A stretch of 64,000 nucleotides of DNA from the IMG/VR virus record IMGVR_UViG_3300010397_000044, positions 1 through 64,000 of that record. One strand, 5' to 3'. How positions within the stretch are numbered: the first letter of the stretch is position 1; the number at the start of each line of letters is the position of its first letter. Positions 50,101 to 59,169 of this stretch are shown one piece after another. This DNA is from a virus. The notes under the pieces were generated by a model. It made no database searches. It was not told the DNA's origin and saw only the letters and a program-made list of their open reading frames with translations. The translations under genes and the position numbers were made by a program.

Positions 50101-53100
50101 ATGAATGGGCAATCGTTTAGGGGAGGAATATATAATGTATATGCGGAGGGGTTATTCAAATTGGGGTCATGGGTTGGTCAAGCCGGCTATATATTCGAAA
50201 ATTGTGATTTCAACTTTGCGACTAATGCATCAAATATCCCCTATCCTGACTTCTTTATATTTGCTGATAATGTAGAAATGGTAAATTGTCAAAATAGATT
50301 CTATGGCAATGTGCCTACGCGTATGATATTTACTGGAAGCCAAGTTAAATTTAGAGGTGGCACCCTAAATGCAGCGCCTTTCGTGGCGTCAATGAGCTGT
50401 TGCAATACTTCTCAAACTCCCACATTTGATAACGTTAGACTTTTTTATTCTCCGGGAGGGGTAATAGGTAGAAATAGGCCCACAAATCCATTTAATACGA
50501 ATGGCGTAATGAATGGATTAATGTCTGCCGTGGCGGGTGGAACCGATCCAATATATCCTCAGAGTAATCAATCTGATATATATACTTTCAAGTATAGTGG
50601 ATCATGGGATAGAACGGTCCCATTGGGAACCAAAGCTATTACAACTAATAGAACTACATGGAGTGGTTATTTTGTTTCAACTGCTGGCGATAGTACAAAA
50701 ATAAGAGTGGGTGATTTTCTGGTAACCAATAATGCAAAGCCGGTCGGTCAATCAAGCACCGTTGCGACTACATCAATGCCTATAGGCTTCATATCAAAAA
50801 TATCTAATGATACGGTTTACTTTAATAATCTGGCAACAGAAATAAAAGATAGTGCATATACTATTTGGGCTGGATACGCAGTCAATAATAAAGATGCATT
50901 TACAGGAAGCATGGTAAGCGGCCAAAAGTATATTACCAAAGTAATTACAGCCAATGGTAATTCTTTGGCAACTTTCTTTTCAATTGGAGAACGATTTGAT
51001 TTGCCACAATTTGCATTAGGTACTTATGTAACAGGGGTCGGTAACGATACTGTCTATCTTTCAAATGTCGCCAATGCTACAAATCCGGAATATACATGGA
51101 TGAATGGATTCCCATCTATTGAAATATGGAGTCCGTCTACCCCGGAGACTTTTACGCAGTCAAGTCAAAAATTGCCACTATATGGAGGAGCAATATATCA
51201 CAAATCAATCGCAACTTGTTGTTCTTTTTTATATGCCGCCCATTATGGGGACGCGTATAAATCATATAAAATATTAAATTCAAACTTTTTTGGAGATACC
51301 ATCATTCACAAAGTGAAATATTCTCCAATAATAGAGGATGTTGGCGGTATGACAATTGCTAAAGGAACTACAGCTCAATTGTTCAACCCTAATTATACTA
51401 CGCCATTAATAAGGATTAATAGTGATAGTACTTTGAACGGGTTTTCACATGCAACTATTACGGACGGAAGTATAACCAGACAGCTTGCCTATCTGAATGA
51501 TTTAACAATTGCTACTGATACGACTATACTATCCACAAGAAATAATGTAAATAGGGTTAGAGACTCCCTATTAGGTGTTTTGGTTAAAAATTTAGGGGGA
51601 GCCGTTGGGATATCCAGTGGTCCTTACTTATCGAGGCCCTCGGCTTCTAATTCGCAAAGATTCTATTGGTCTACTGATTCTGTATTTTACTCCTACGATA
51701 ACGGGACTTGGAATGATATCCGAACCGCCGCAGGAGGCAATAATTCTTTTTTAAATATTCAGGCAAATAGTTTAGGTACTACCCAAGACCCTTCAAAAGG
51801 TATTTTAATAAACAACTTAACTGCTGCTGCTGCTGGCGCACAGCAAATATCTCCGGGTCTTGTATTAGAGGGGCAAGGATGGAAAACGAATGCCACAGCT
51901 GCATCCCAATCAGTTAAATTCAGAATGGATGTTACACCTATACAAGGAGCAGCTGCGCCTACGGGACAATTTAAAATAGGCTCCTCTATAAATGGTGGCG
52001 CATATGCCGATAAAATAACCATTAATTCGGATGCGATTGGCGGCATATTTACATCCGCCGGATTACAAATGAATGGAGCGGGCCTAAATTTTTCAGGCGG
52101 AGGTACTGTTGCCCAGCAAATGACAGTTGGGGGTGCATGGACATTCAACTATTCCAGCGGACTGGCTTCAAATGCGAACGCATGGACAATGACTCATGCA
52201 ACCGGCGTGTATACCTCCGGCACTTCCAGCAATCTGAGAGTCTTAGGTACATATAACCCGCCGTCTGGTACTGGTGAATACAATGCCGCCTTTATTACAC
52301 CTACTATCAATCAGACGGGGGGGGCAAATGGAATTACCAGAGGATTATATATCTCCCCTACTCTCACATCCGCTGCTGACTTTAGAGCGTTAGAAATTAC
52401 GACTGGCCAATCTATTCTTGGGGGCTCACTTACTGTCAAGTCAATCTCTACAGGCTCCGGAACGGACTCTGTTTTAGTTGAAAATGGAGGCCTTATAAAA
52501 ATGGTAGCTCAATCATCCTTGGGAGGGTCTAATATCTACAATGCAGACGGAGCCTTGACGGCCAATAGGACACTTTCCGGTGCAACATTTTCTCTTGCAT
52601 TAGGCACAAGTGGCAGTAAGATTGGTGGTTTATCCATTAATTCGAATGGAACGACCATAAGCAGTGGTATATACAATAGCGCAGGGGGATCACAATTATT
52701 ACTGGCCGCCAGCACTATTAATAATGCGATAACTACAGGCGGGGGAACAGTTAGCGACTTCTCTGCATATTTTTTCAGGACGCCAACAGTCACTAGTACA
52801 AATGCTGTAAACTATTCTCACGCAGCAACGGTAAGGATTGAAAATTCCCCCACAATGGGAACCAACTCCACGGGGACTAATCAATTATATGCATTAGATG
52901 TTGCTGCCGGTATATCCCACTTTGGGGTAGGTAATTCCAACATATCAGCTTGGTTCGATGGAGTAATAGGGGTTAGTGCGCCACCAAATAGCACAATACT
53001 ACTTGGGATAGGGGCATCTTCTTCTAGTGTAACTTCTATGTACCTTACACCGGGAGCAGATGTAACAGGAAGCCTTTTGACACAAAGCGGAGACTTGTGG

Positions 53101-53448
53101 AATAACGGGACTAATTTATATTTTGTCGATGGGTCTTCTTCAGGTGTGAAAAGAGATTTATTGAATGAAGGAACGTCTATAACAGAGAGCTCTGCGGGTA
53201 CCTTAACCTTAACTCAACAATACACTGATTTCATATTTACTGGCACCACTACTACATGGACTTTGGGGGCATTAGCGTCTAATTTCAATAGAACTATTCA
53301 TATTAAAAATGCAGGCAGCGGAAACATCACTTTGAACAGAGCAGGGAGTGACCAAATTTACGACGTAAGTGCTGTCACAAGTATAACAATAACGCCGGGA
53401 ACAGCAAGAACCTTAAAGGGTGGTGCAGCTTTTTGGTATGTAGAGTAA
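47143..53448 (+). CDS. tail fibre/tailspike with pectate-lyase-like beta-helix and N-terminal signal peptide (start possibly TTG 47167)
   Basis: IPVGTTAQRP, ITSALGYTP fibre motifs; INVKWFGALGNG...LYFPSGNY beta-helix cap; KNKYLPLFLTIILVFIYTVSFS-Q leader. Confidence 0.85.
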   Translation: MAQAEGRRLKNKYLPLFLTIILVFIYTVSFSQTFNPSLHVVVNSAIGEAQAAPLDARSMFYDTSNFRYRAYQNTSEVKSYLNLPKYRFGNFLIVVDSGGILQPNGTYVGGVNTFWMFRDSTADANLVKLNLTGSSGPCVGCLLAANNLNDVANKPTALSNLGIGSMGLLSSTASGDLNGIWPNITVQRFNNQLPAYYLNYNNLTNQPVIPAQINITDAGLFTHTGTYPNLTFNSRTPGFEETIIQNNALSGDRTINGGAFNLLISGTGALGIPVGTTAQRPSSPVTGMLRFNTDSLKKETYNGSTWVSDGTGGGGGGSGITALTGDGTASGTGSVPFTLATVNSNVFGSNTFLKFGVNGKGLVTSATAVVSGDITSALGYTPYNSTNPAGYITGNQSISFTPNAGGDVTGSSSGTTSLTPTLTIGNNKVTYAKIQAASGAALLGATGAGNYQEITLGTGLSFAGSVLNAAPGGATNSNIGAGFRWAVPSTNNIKTAFGSAFIAYDSTTNTNALTAKIANGTPNYLLGWDGSGNPAALKPDTLFYAQLGQPGDSVGWINSLGVINFRLMRDSLSFHHITNPDGSWTFYSAATGDSGIVAGYGISVSRIAANNRIVFADTSIPNGIAPRHVVIDTAFNRFVRTDSVNIRFRNPDFNTQQIYLDAGVVAGVFYYDNTDITTADDSVMTFVTNQGKRWKRLITTPYINVKWFGALGNGAHNDIPNITKAIAWLNNNTNSPTRVLYFPSGNYVINSPIIVARFNGTTYSQVNMTLMGQANAKNSPSQYTSVITPTFNNTFAIGIQLGKGCNIENFKISGQFSFPNTLSNISVDTLTEAQWTDGSARQNTVTPYAGIAIDPFSDSLSYTSNSDLYPGLHSYCPAGLPRAGSTDINIKNCNITQFIVGVILSPSNQQNADEINMDQVNIGGNKVGFAFCQSQSKDCNVTRFMAWAPVYSIFDNATYGIRHGDGAGSPNINGGNIASQVYQLGYMNGQSFRGGIYNVYAEGLFKLGSWVGQAGYIFENCDFNFATNASNIPYPDFFIFADNVEMVNCQNRFYGNVPTRMIFTGSQVKFRGGTLNAAPFVASMSCCNTSQTPTFDNVRLFYSPGGVIGRNRPTNPFNTNGVMNGLMSAVAGGTDPIYPQSNQSDIYTFKYSGSWDRTVPLGTKAITTNRTTWSGYFVSTAGDSTKIRVGDFLVTNNAKPVGQSSTVATTSMPIGFISKISNDTVYFNNLATEIKDSAYTIWAGYAVNNKDAFTGSMVSGQKYITKVITANGNSLATFFSIGERFDLPQFALGTYVTGVGNDTVYLSNVANATNPEYTWMNGFPSIEIWSPSTPETFTQSSQKLPLYGGAIYHKSIATCCSFLYAAHYGDAYKSYKILNSNFFGDTIIHKVKYSPIIEDVGGMTIAKGTTAQLFNPNYTTPLIRINSDSTLNGFSHATITDGSITRQLAYLNDLTIATDTTILSTRNNVNRVRDSLLGVLVKNLGGAVGISSGPYLSRPSASNSQRFYWSTDSVFYSYDNGTWNDIRTAAGGNNSFLNIQANSLGTTQDPSKGILINNLTAAAAGAQQISPGLVLEGQGWKTNATAASQSVKFRMDVTPIQGAAAPTGQFKIGSSINGGAYADKITINSDAIGGIFTSAGLQMNGAGLNFSGGGTVAQQMTVGGAWTFNYSSGLASNANAWTMTHATGVYTSGTSSNLRVLGTYNPPSGTGEYNAAFITPTINQTGGANGITRGLYISPTLTSAADFRALEITTGQSILGGSLTVKSISTGSGTDSVLVENGGLIKMVAQSSLGGSNIYNADGALTANRTLSGATFSLALGTSGSKIGGLSINSNGTTISSGIYNSAGGSQLLLAASTINNAITTGGGTVSDFSAYFFRTPTVTSTNAVNYSHAATVRIENSPTMGTNSTGTNQLYALDVAAGISHFGVGNSNISAWFDGVIGVSAPPNSTILLGIGASSSSVTSMYLTPGADVTGSLLTQSGDLWNNGTNLYFVDGSSSGVKRDLLNEGTSITESSAGTLTLTQQYTDFIFTGTTTTWTLGALASNFNRTIHIKNAGSGNITLNRAGSDQIYDVSAVTSITITPGTARTLKGGAAFWYVE

Positions 53449-53461
53449 GAAATTTATAAAC

Positions 53462-53893
53462 ATGAAATATATATTTGGAGCCATATTAGCATTGGGGGTT
53501 GTTTTTGCAAGCTGGTTTGCATATGATCCTTCTGTTAGGATGACAATGAATAATGCCCCGGGGCGTACATTGTCAACCACGGGAAGCAATAACACATTCA
53601 CTATAAGTACCACAAAGTGTACATCGGTTGCTTATACTGTTAATTTCAGTGCTGCGCTTACTTTGGGAACTAGTAATGGGCGTGTTCAATTGGATGTGAG
53701 TTTAGATGGGGGATCAAATTGGATAACTATTTCAAGCGTGTCTCAGGTATTCGGTGTTTCAGTAACCATTACAACCAATCAAGATTTAGTCCTTGCCGGC
53801 ATGGTGCCAGCTAACGCTTTAGTTCGAATATACAGAATAAACAATGCAGGAGTTACCGTTACGTTAGGTTCACAGCAGGAATGCACAATGTAA
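53462..53893 (+). CDS. small beta-sandwich protein with signal peptide
   Basis: MKYIFGAILALGVVFA leader; SLDGGSNW Asp-box. Confidence 0.65.
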   Translation: MKYIFGAILALGVVFASWFAYDPSVRMTMNNAPGRTLSTTGSNNTFTISTTKCTSVAYTVNFSAALTLGTSNGRVQLDVSLDGGSNWITISSVSQVFGVSVTITTNQDLVLAGMVPANALVRIYRINNAGVTVTLGSQQECTM

Positions 53894-53906
53894 AAAATAG
53901 ATTCAC

Positions 53907-54884
53907 ATGATAAAATACATTTTAGGTCTTTGTTTGCTCGTAAAAGGATTTATAGGGGAGAGTCAAACTTTTGTCAAAAAGGTGGGTGATATAGTGGGAA
54001 ATCAAACCGTCATAAGCGTTCCTGTTGCGACCGGTAGCCCAACAAAGCAAGCACTTATTTACTACCCGGATGATTATTTTAAAGACACTACAAAAACCTT
54101 CCCCGTATATTTTTTCTTACACGGCGCTGGGGAGGCAGGTACAGATATAACAAAAGTTACGAACACCTCGTTGCCTAGTCTTATTAAGGCAGGATTGAAG
54201 CCGTATAATATCGTAGGAAAAGATACAATAAAATGGATAGTTATTAGCCCGCAGTGTAGTGAACCCGGGGGGAATTGTAGTTATTCGTGGCCTCAACTTA
54301 GGTACACCATCCCATATTGCTTGCAGAAATTCAGGATAAATAAGAACTGTGTTTGGGGCGGTGGCTTGTCTATGGGGGGCTCAGCTACTTTCTCTTTAGG
54401 AATGGCAGATACAGGATGGACTATGACTTACATGACTGGGTTAATGCCATTTTCTAATGCCGGATGGGATGATAATTTAGCCAAGTATGGCCCCAATCTT
54501 GCCTATTGTTTGAAGAAAGGATTGGCTGTGCTATATGTTATCGGAGATCAGGATCCCGGCTGGAACCCTAATGCATTTGGGGCGTATGATAAATTGATGA
54601 GCGCAAATGCCCTCCCCGGTCTTTATAGAGATAGCGTAATAAAAGGTGGTACACATAGCGCTAATGTTTGGAATACACCGTTCCCTTTTACGTCTCGCCT
54701 TTGGTCTAAAACCCAAAATTCATGGGATTTAATGTGGTCTTTCCGAAAAAACGCCAATGTGGTTGCGCCTCCGCCGGTCGTGATACCGCCCCCAACTAAC
54801 CCACCTGCATCATTGCCTTATCCGGTTCGTATTGTAGTGAAGTACAGTGATAGTTCTTGTCAAATAATTTACATGAAACCATGA
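53907..54884 (+). CDS. secreted alpha/beta hydrolase (esterase-like)
   Basis: Signal peptide ending GES-Q; FLHGAGE, GLSMGG nucleophile elbow, GGTH; Pro-rich linker. Confidence 0.85.
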   Translation: MIKYILGLCLLVKGFIGESQTFVKKVGDIVGNQTVISVPVATGSPTKQALIYYPDDYFKDTTKTFPVYFFLHGAGEAGTDITKVTNTSLPSLIKAGLKPYNIVGKDTIKWIVISPQCSEPGGNCSYSWPQLRYTIPYCLQKFRINKNCVWGGGLSMGGSATFSLGMADTGWTMTYMTGLMPFSNAGWDDNLAKYGPNLAYCLKKGLAVLYVIGDQDPGWNPNAFGAYDKLMSANALPGLYRDSVIKGGTHSANVWNTPFPFTSRLWSKTQNSWDLMWSFRKNANVVAPPPVVIPPPTNPPASLPYPVRIVVKYSDSSCQIIYMKP

Positions 54885-56518
54885 GGGTACTAATATTCCT
54901 GCTAATATGCATTGGGATTCTAAGCTTCAAGATAGCTAAGGATAGGTATGTAGAATATAGAGATTTTAAGCGCATGTACGCCGGTATATACGTTACCAAA
55001 GTTGCAGCGGCAGAATATTTGGTTGCTTATCTTTATAGCGATAGTACGGTAAGAGCCTATATAAATGACGTTGGGGCATCAGTGCATTTCATTCCTTATG
55101 TATTTGGAGGTAGAAAGGCTATAGATGTTGCCCCAGCTTTCAACCATGTCATGATTTTGGATGATCAGCATTACGTTTGGAGAAATACCCCGTCCGGGAC
55201 GCCAGCAGGACCAGCATGTACAAGATATGATACAGATACAGCAGGAAATCAATTCAATTATTCTTATAAACTATATGCGTATTTCGATTGCTACCTAACA
55301 ACAACGCAAAATAACGATTCATTAATTTATTGGGCCACTACCGATGGTCTTAGATGGATAGACGGTACCGGCACAAGAACCTGCAAGCCCTTCCTTATTT
55401 GGCAACCCCCGTCCGGAAGAACGATTAAGAAAGTGGCAATGGGGTTGACCGTGTCTGTATTGCTGGATAATGGGGATGTATACGAAAGGGGAACTGGCGG
55501 TAGCTCTTTTGCTAAAGTAACGCTTCCGGCTGGATCATATTGTACAGACGTGTATTGTTCATACAAAGATTTTAGGACATACATTCTACATAATTACGCT
55601 GGTGGGGACCCTACCTTGGGGGTTCTCGCTTGGGCTGGTTCTCGATCAGGATTCTTTGGAGATAACCAATCAAGATCAAGTCCTTTCATTCTGTCATGGC
55701 CTTTCCCTAATCACCTAAAGATGTTAGGTGGTGATGATAACACGGCAATTATGATAGATTCAGCCGGAAGGATGTGGGGAAATGGGGACAATCCACAAGG
55801 AGAAGTAGGTAACGGATCAGAGATAGTAAATAGGTATGATTATCATAACTTTTGCTGTTATACGCCCTATGCATGGTCAACTGATGAAGGACAGAACCCT
55901 GTTGCTCCGGCTGTTGAAATAGGAATTGGACAGACGTGGAAATATATAGCTGATGAAAAAGGATTTGCCTTCCATCACTTCGCCATTACAACTAACGATT
56001 CATTGTATAGATGGGGGCGTAGTAAAAGCTTCGACTTATGGCCATACGCCTCCAATAATGAAGCCACATATCCAAATAATTGGGACATTCTATCTCCCAC
56101 TCAATACACTCTTTTAGCTACTCCAACTGGGTCGTATATCACATTCATTTTACCAAGAGTTCATTGTGTGGCAGGACAGCCAACCAATTCAACCGTATCG
56201 ACTAGTACAAGCAGCATAAGCCTTGGGGGGCTGGATACGGCTAATTTTTCTGGCCCCGTAGGTTATTCAATCTCATCCTATCAATGGAGTCTGAAAACCA
56301 AACCGGGCAGTGCGCCAAATCCTACCTATACATCTGCCACATCCCAGACTACTACGATAAACGGATTACAGAATGGTCAATACCAATTTTATAAGAAAAT
56401 GACAGATAATAACACCGGTATTTGGGCCGACAGCGTTACCGTAAATGTGAATATCGTATCTGGTTGCGGGGGATGTACGGTTTTAAAACAAGTGAGAACC
56501 TTCAAAAGAGTGCCCTAG
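54881..56518 (+). CDS. secreted RCC1/BLIP-II-like repeat protein with C-terminal PKD/REJ domain
   Basis: MRVLIFLLICIG leader; MWGNGDNPQGEVGNG; SYQWS...TINGLQNGQYQF...TDN. Confidence 0.75.
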   Translation: MRVLIFLLICIGILSFKIAKDRYVEYRDFKRMYAGIYVTKVAAAEYLVAYLYSDSTVRAYINDVGASVHFIPYVFGGRKAIDVAPAFNHVMILDDQHYVWRNTPSGTPAGPACTRYDTDTAGNQFNYSYKLYAYFDCYLTTTQNNDSLIYWATTDGLRWIDGTGTRTCKPFLIWQPPSGRTIKKVAMGLTVSVLLDNGDVYERGTGGSSFAKVTLPAGSYCTDVYCSYKDFRTYILHNYAGGDPTLGVLAWAGSRSGFFGDNQSRSSPFILSWPFPNHLKMLGGDDNTAIMIDSAGRMWGNGDNPQGEVGNGSEIVNRYDYHNFCCYTPYAWSTDEGQNPVAPAVEIGIGQTWKYIADEKGFAFHHFAITTNDSLYRWGRSKSFDLWPYASNNEATYPNNWDILSPTQYTLLATPTGSYITFILPRVHCVAGQPTNSTVSTSTSSISLGGLDTANFSGPVGYSISSYQWSLKTKPGSAPNPTYTSATSQTTTINGLQNGQYQFYKKMTDNNTGIWADSVTVNVNIVSGCGGCTVLKQVRTFKRVP

Positions 56519-56749
56519 ATGGAAAAGGAATTTCTTCAATACGGAGTATTGGGAATGGTGGCAGTGGGGTTAAGTTGGTTCATTATGTATCTTATAAAGG
56601 ATCATAGAAAAGAGAGAAAAGAATGGAGGGAATTTCAGGAAAAGCAAATGGATAGAATAATGGAACAAGGAGATGAGAGTAACAAAGTAATAAGAGAACA
56701 TTCTAATCTATTATCAGGAATAAAAGCCTTACTCGAAAACCGTAATTGA
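56519..56749 (+). CDS. BhlA-like holin candidate
   Basis: One TM segment (QYGVLGMVAVGL) followed by a coiled coil. Confidence 0.6.
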   Translation: MEKEFLQYGVLGMVAVGLSWFIMYLIKDHRKERKEWREFQEKQMDRIMEQGDESNKVIREHSNLLSGIKALLENRN

Positions 56750-56750
56750 A

Positions 56751-57053
56751 ATGGGTAATTTTATAGTTACTGAAATCCTATTTGGCATTGTATGGATCAT
56801 TGGAGCCTTGGTATTAAGGGAGTTTGTTATCTCCAAGGATGGAATGCTTAGAAAGATCATGATTGCCTATTTCGCCGTGGAAGTATTCACCTATTTGGGA
56901 GCGGCTATTTACTTTCTGGCCATAGAAGAAAAGTGGTCGGATATGTCGATTAACACATTCAGAATAGTTGTAATTACTCCAAAAGTTTTTGTTAAATTGT
57001 GGTTACTTTGGTATCTTAAATCCGGTAGAAAAAAGCTAAAATCCTCAATATGA
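56751..57053 (+). CDS. 3-TM membrane protein of the lysis region
   Basis: Hydrophobic segments and a basic tail. Confidence 0.55.
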   Translation: MGNFIVTEILFGIVWIIGALVLREFVISKDGMLRKIMIAYFAVEVFTYLGAAIYFLAIEEKWSDMSINTFRIVVITPKVFVKLWLLWYLKSGRKKLKSSI

Positions 57054-57400
57054 GCCCCTTCTTGGAAGAATTATTGGGCAAAAACAACCAGCCGGGTGTT
57101 ATGCTGGCTGCATTCGTTTTCGCCCTCATTGGTCATGCTATCGTATTATTGGGTGGAACCATGCTTAGGGTACCTAAGTCGCCCGATAGCCCCGAAAAGT
57201 TTTCCCTCTCTTATCTTCTCTACGACAACGCTAAACGTATTCTTTATGTCCTGCTGCTTATAGTGGTAGGCATTCGCTTTTTACCAGATTTCACAGGGAT
57301 GCAGGTAACCGGATGGGGAGGTTTTTTAGTTGGGTCTGGTTTGGACATCATCGCACTTGTAATTAAGCAACGGACCAAACTGTTAGACCCCAAATCTTGA
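57050..57400 (+). CDS. holin candidate (3 TM)
   Basis: Hydrophobic segments; located in the lysis cassette. Confidence 0.55.
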   Translation: MSPFLEELLGKNNQPGVMLAAFVFALIGHAIVLLGGTMLRVPKSPDSPEKFSLSYLLYDNAKRILYVLLLIVVGIRFLPDFTGMQVTGWGGFLVGSGLDIIALVIKQRTKLLDPKS

Positions 57401-58068
57401 AAACTTTTGCACGATATGGTATTGTAACGGTTGTGGCTCTTCTATGCTTTTGGTTTTGGCTTCAGAAGTGCAATAACGTTCCCGGGCCAGATCATACCCA
57501 AGACAAGGTATTTGTAGATAGTGTCACCAATATGGTAAAGGGGAAGTTGGCCGAATTTCAGCACGTCTATGATTCGGTGAAGGCCGCCAATGTGGTATTG
57601 CAGAAAGATAAGGATAGCCTTGTAGGAGTAGTAGCCGCATATAAAATAGACCTCAAATCCAAAGGCAACGATATTCAGGATTTAATAAACTCATTAGACG
57701 AATCAGAGGACGCCAAGGACACGCTCCGACAGCTTACCTTATGTGATAGCCTCAAAGGCCAATTCGCTTCAGCCAAGGGGCTAGTAGGGGCCTATATCCA
57801 CGCAAACGATAGCCTTTCAGCCCTCAATAACCAGATCATAACTTCAAAGGATGCCATCATAGGCCGGTTAAACGGTATGTTCACGGATGCCAATAATTCC
57901 CTATTTCAGGTAGGGTTAAAATATGACCAATTATACGCAGATTATAAACGATTAAACGTCAAGCCAAAAAGATTTGGTATTGGGCCTTCAATTGGGTATT
58001 ATGCTACCCCGAACGGATTAAAACCGGGCCTTGGCATATCTTTTACGTTTAGTATAATTAAATTCTGA
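57397..58068 (+). CDS. spanin-like membrane-anchored coiled-coil protein
   Basis: N-terminal TM, long coiled coil, C-terminal beta strands ending in Phe (RFGIGPSIGY...FSIIKF). Confidence 0.65.
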   Translation: MKTFARYGIVTVVALLCFWFWLQKCNNVPGPDHTQDKVFVDSVTNMVKGKLAEFQHVYDSVKAANVVLQKDKDSLVGVVAAYKIDLKSKGNDIQDLINSLDESEDAKDTLRQLTLCDSLKGQFASAKGLVGAYIHANDSLSALNNQIITSKDAIIGRLNGMFTDANNSLFQVGLKYDQLYADYKRLNVKPKRFGIGPSIGYYATPNGLKPGLGISFTFSIIKF

Positions 58069-58120
58069 TTATGCAGCACGAAACACACTCTGAAACTATT
58101 CAAAGCCAATATATTCAGCC

Positions 58121-58414
58121 ATGGAACCCTCCTATTTTGACCGATTTTTCCAATTTGCGAAAGGCTGCATTCAAGAAAAGTTTACTACGGCTTTCAAAGG
58201 ATGTTGCCTTGGCCTTATTGGAAGTCTTAATATTTTCTGGAATGGGGCGTTTGCTTCATCTGTGGTGATTTATATCCTTAAAGGATTTGGAACAATAATG
58301 TTAACGGCGGGGACTACTTTAACGACTTGCTATATATCTCATAAATTTGACCAATGGAAAGAGAAAAAAAGCCAAAGTCAAAAAAGAACAAAAAGAAAGA
58401 ATAAAGCAGCTTAA
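58121..58414 (+). CDS. holin-like membrane protein
   Basis: Two TM segments and a very basic C-terminus. Confidence 0.55.
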   Translation: MEPSYFDRFFQFAKGCIQEKFTTAFKGCCLGLIGSLNIFWNGAFASSVVIYILKGFGTIMLTAGTTLTTCYISHKFDQWKEKKSQSQKRTKRKNKAA

Positions 58415-58429
58415 CAAAAATTACCTCAT

Positions 58430-58567
58430 ATGAATTATCACAAAGGGAAGAGAATTAAGGGCGAAAAGCCAATCCCTAAACCAAAGCCAGATGATGGAGC
58501 TACTACGCAAGATGAAGGAAGTAATCCAAATCCGCCACCACCCAAGCCACCACCGCCGGGACACTAA
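58430..58567 (+). CDS. Pro-rich micropeptide (45 aa, not in ORF track)
   Basis: MNYHKGKRIKGEKPIPKPKPDDGATTQDEGSNPNPPPPKPPPPGH. Confidence 0.5.
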   Translation: MNYHKGKRIKGEKPIPKPKPDDGATTQDEGSNPNPPPPKPPPPGH

Positions 58568-58991
58568 TAAGAGGCGTGTAATATGGATCGTGGCGCTCTT
58601 ATTGATCTCGATAGAGATTACTGAAATTCCTACGTACCTTAGCTACTGGCGGCCTGAGGTAATGAAGAACGAAGTGGATTGGTTTTGGCTCAGTTCATTT
58701 CACTACAAAATGGCCGAATACTGGTATTGGAAAGAAACGGCTTGCGGATTGGCTTGGATTATACGAATGATCGCATTTACTAAGACGGCAGTACAATATA
58801 GTACCACCGTCTTTTTGGCGTCTCTTCTTATATTGGGGCACATGATATTCAACTTGATAGCTTTTTGGGTAAATTACAATGCGTGTGCGTGGGTGTATGA
58901 ATTCATGATATTGTTTATTTACATCGTTGGGAGATCGTTAGTGAGACCATTCAAGCCAGATGCTTTTTGTAAAGTAAAGTCATTGTTCTGA
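58491..58991 (+). CDS. multi-pass membrane protein (start uncertain)
   Basis: About four TM segments. Confidence 0.6.
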   Translation: MMELLRKMKEVIQIRHHPSHHRRDTNKRRVIWIVALLLISIEITEIPTYLSYWRPEVMKNEVDWFWLSSFHYKMAEYWYWKETACGLAWIIRMIAFTKTAVQYSTTVFLASLLILGHMIFNLIAFWVNYNACAWVYEFMILFIYIVGRSLVRPFKPDAFCKVKSLF

Positions 58992-59169
58992 CACGTTGGG
59001 AAAACTATATTACTTCATTTAAACACTTAGTTATGTTGTATTACATTGGGGGATTGATTATAGTATTCGGGGTTGGATTTTTTATAGGCGCAAATAACCC
59101 TCCGCGCCAAATCTTGCAAAAATTATTGAACAAGCACAAAGATTCCATTGATAAAATAATGAAAAGCTA

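Noticed and set aside
18970-55584. Numerous antisense ORFs inside long genes (e.g. 19678, 41410, 42595, 51759)
   Set aside because: They are shadows of the coding strand with no recognisable motifs
47143-56518. Diversity-generating retroelement or invertible fibre cassette
   Set aside because: No reverse transcriptase, recombinase or template/variable repeat pair seen
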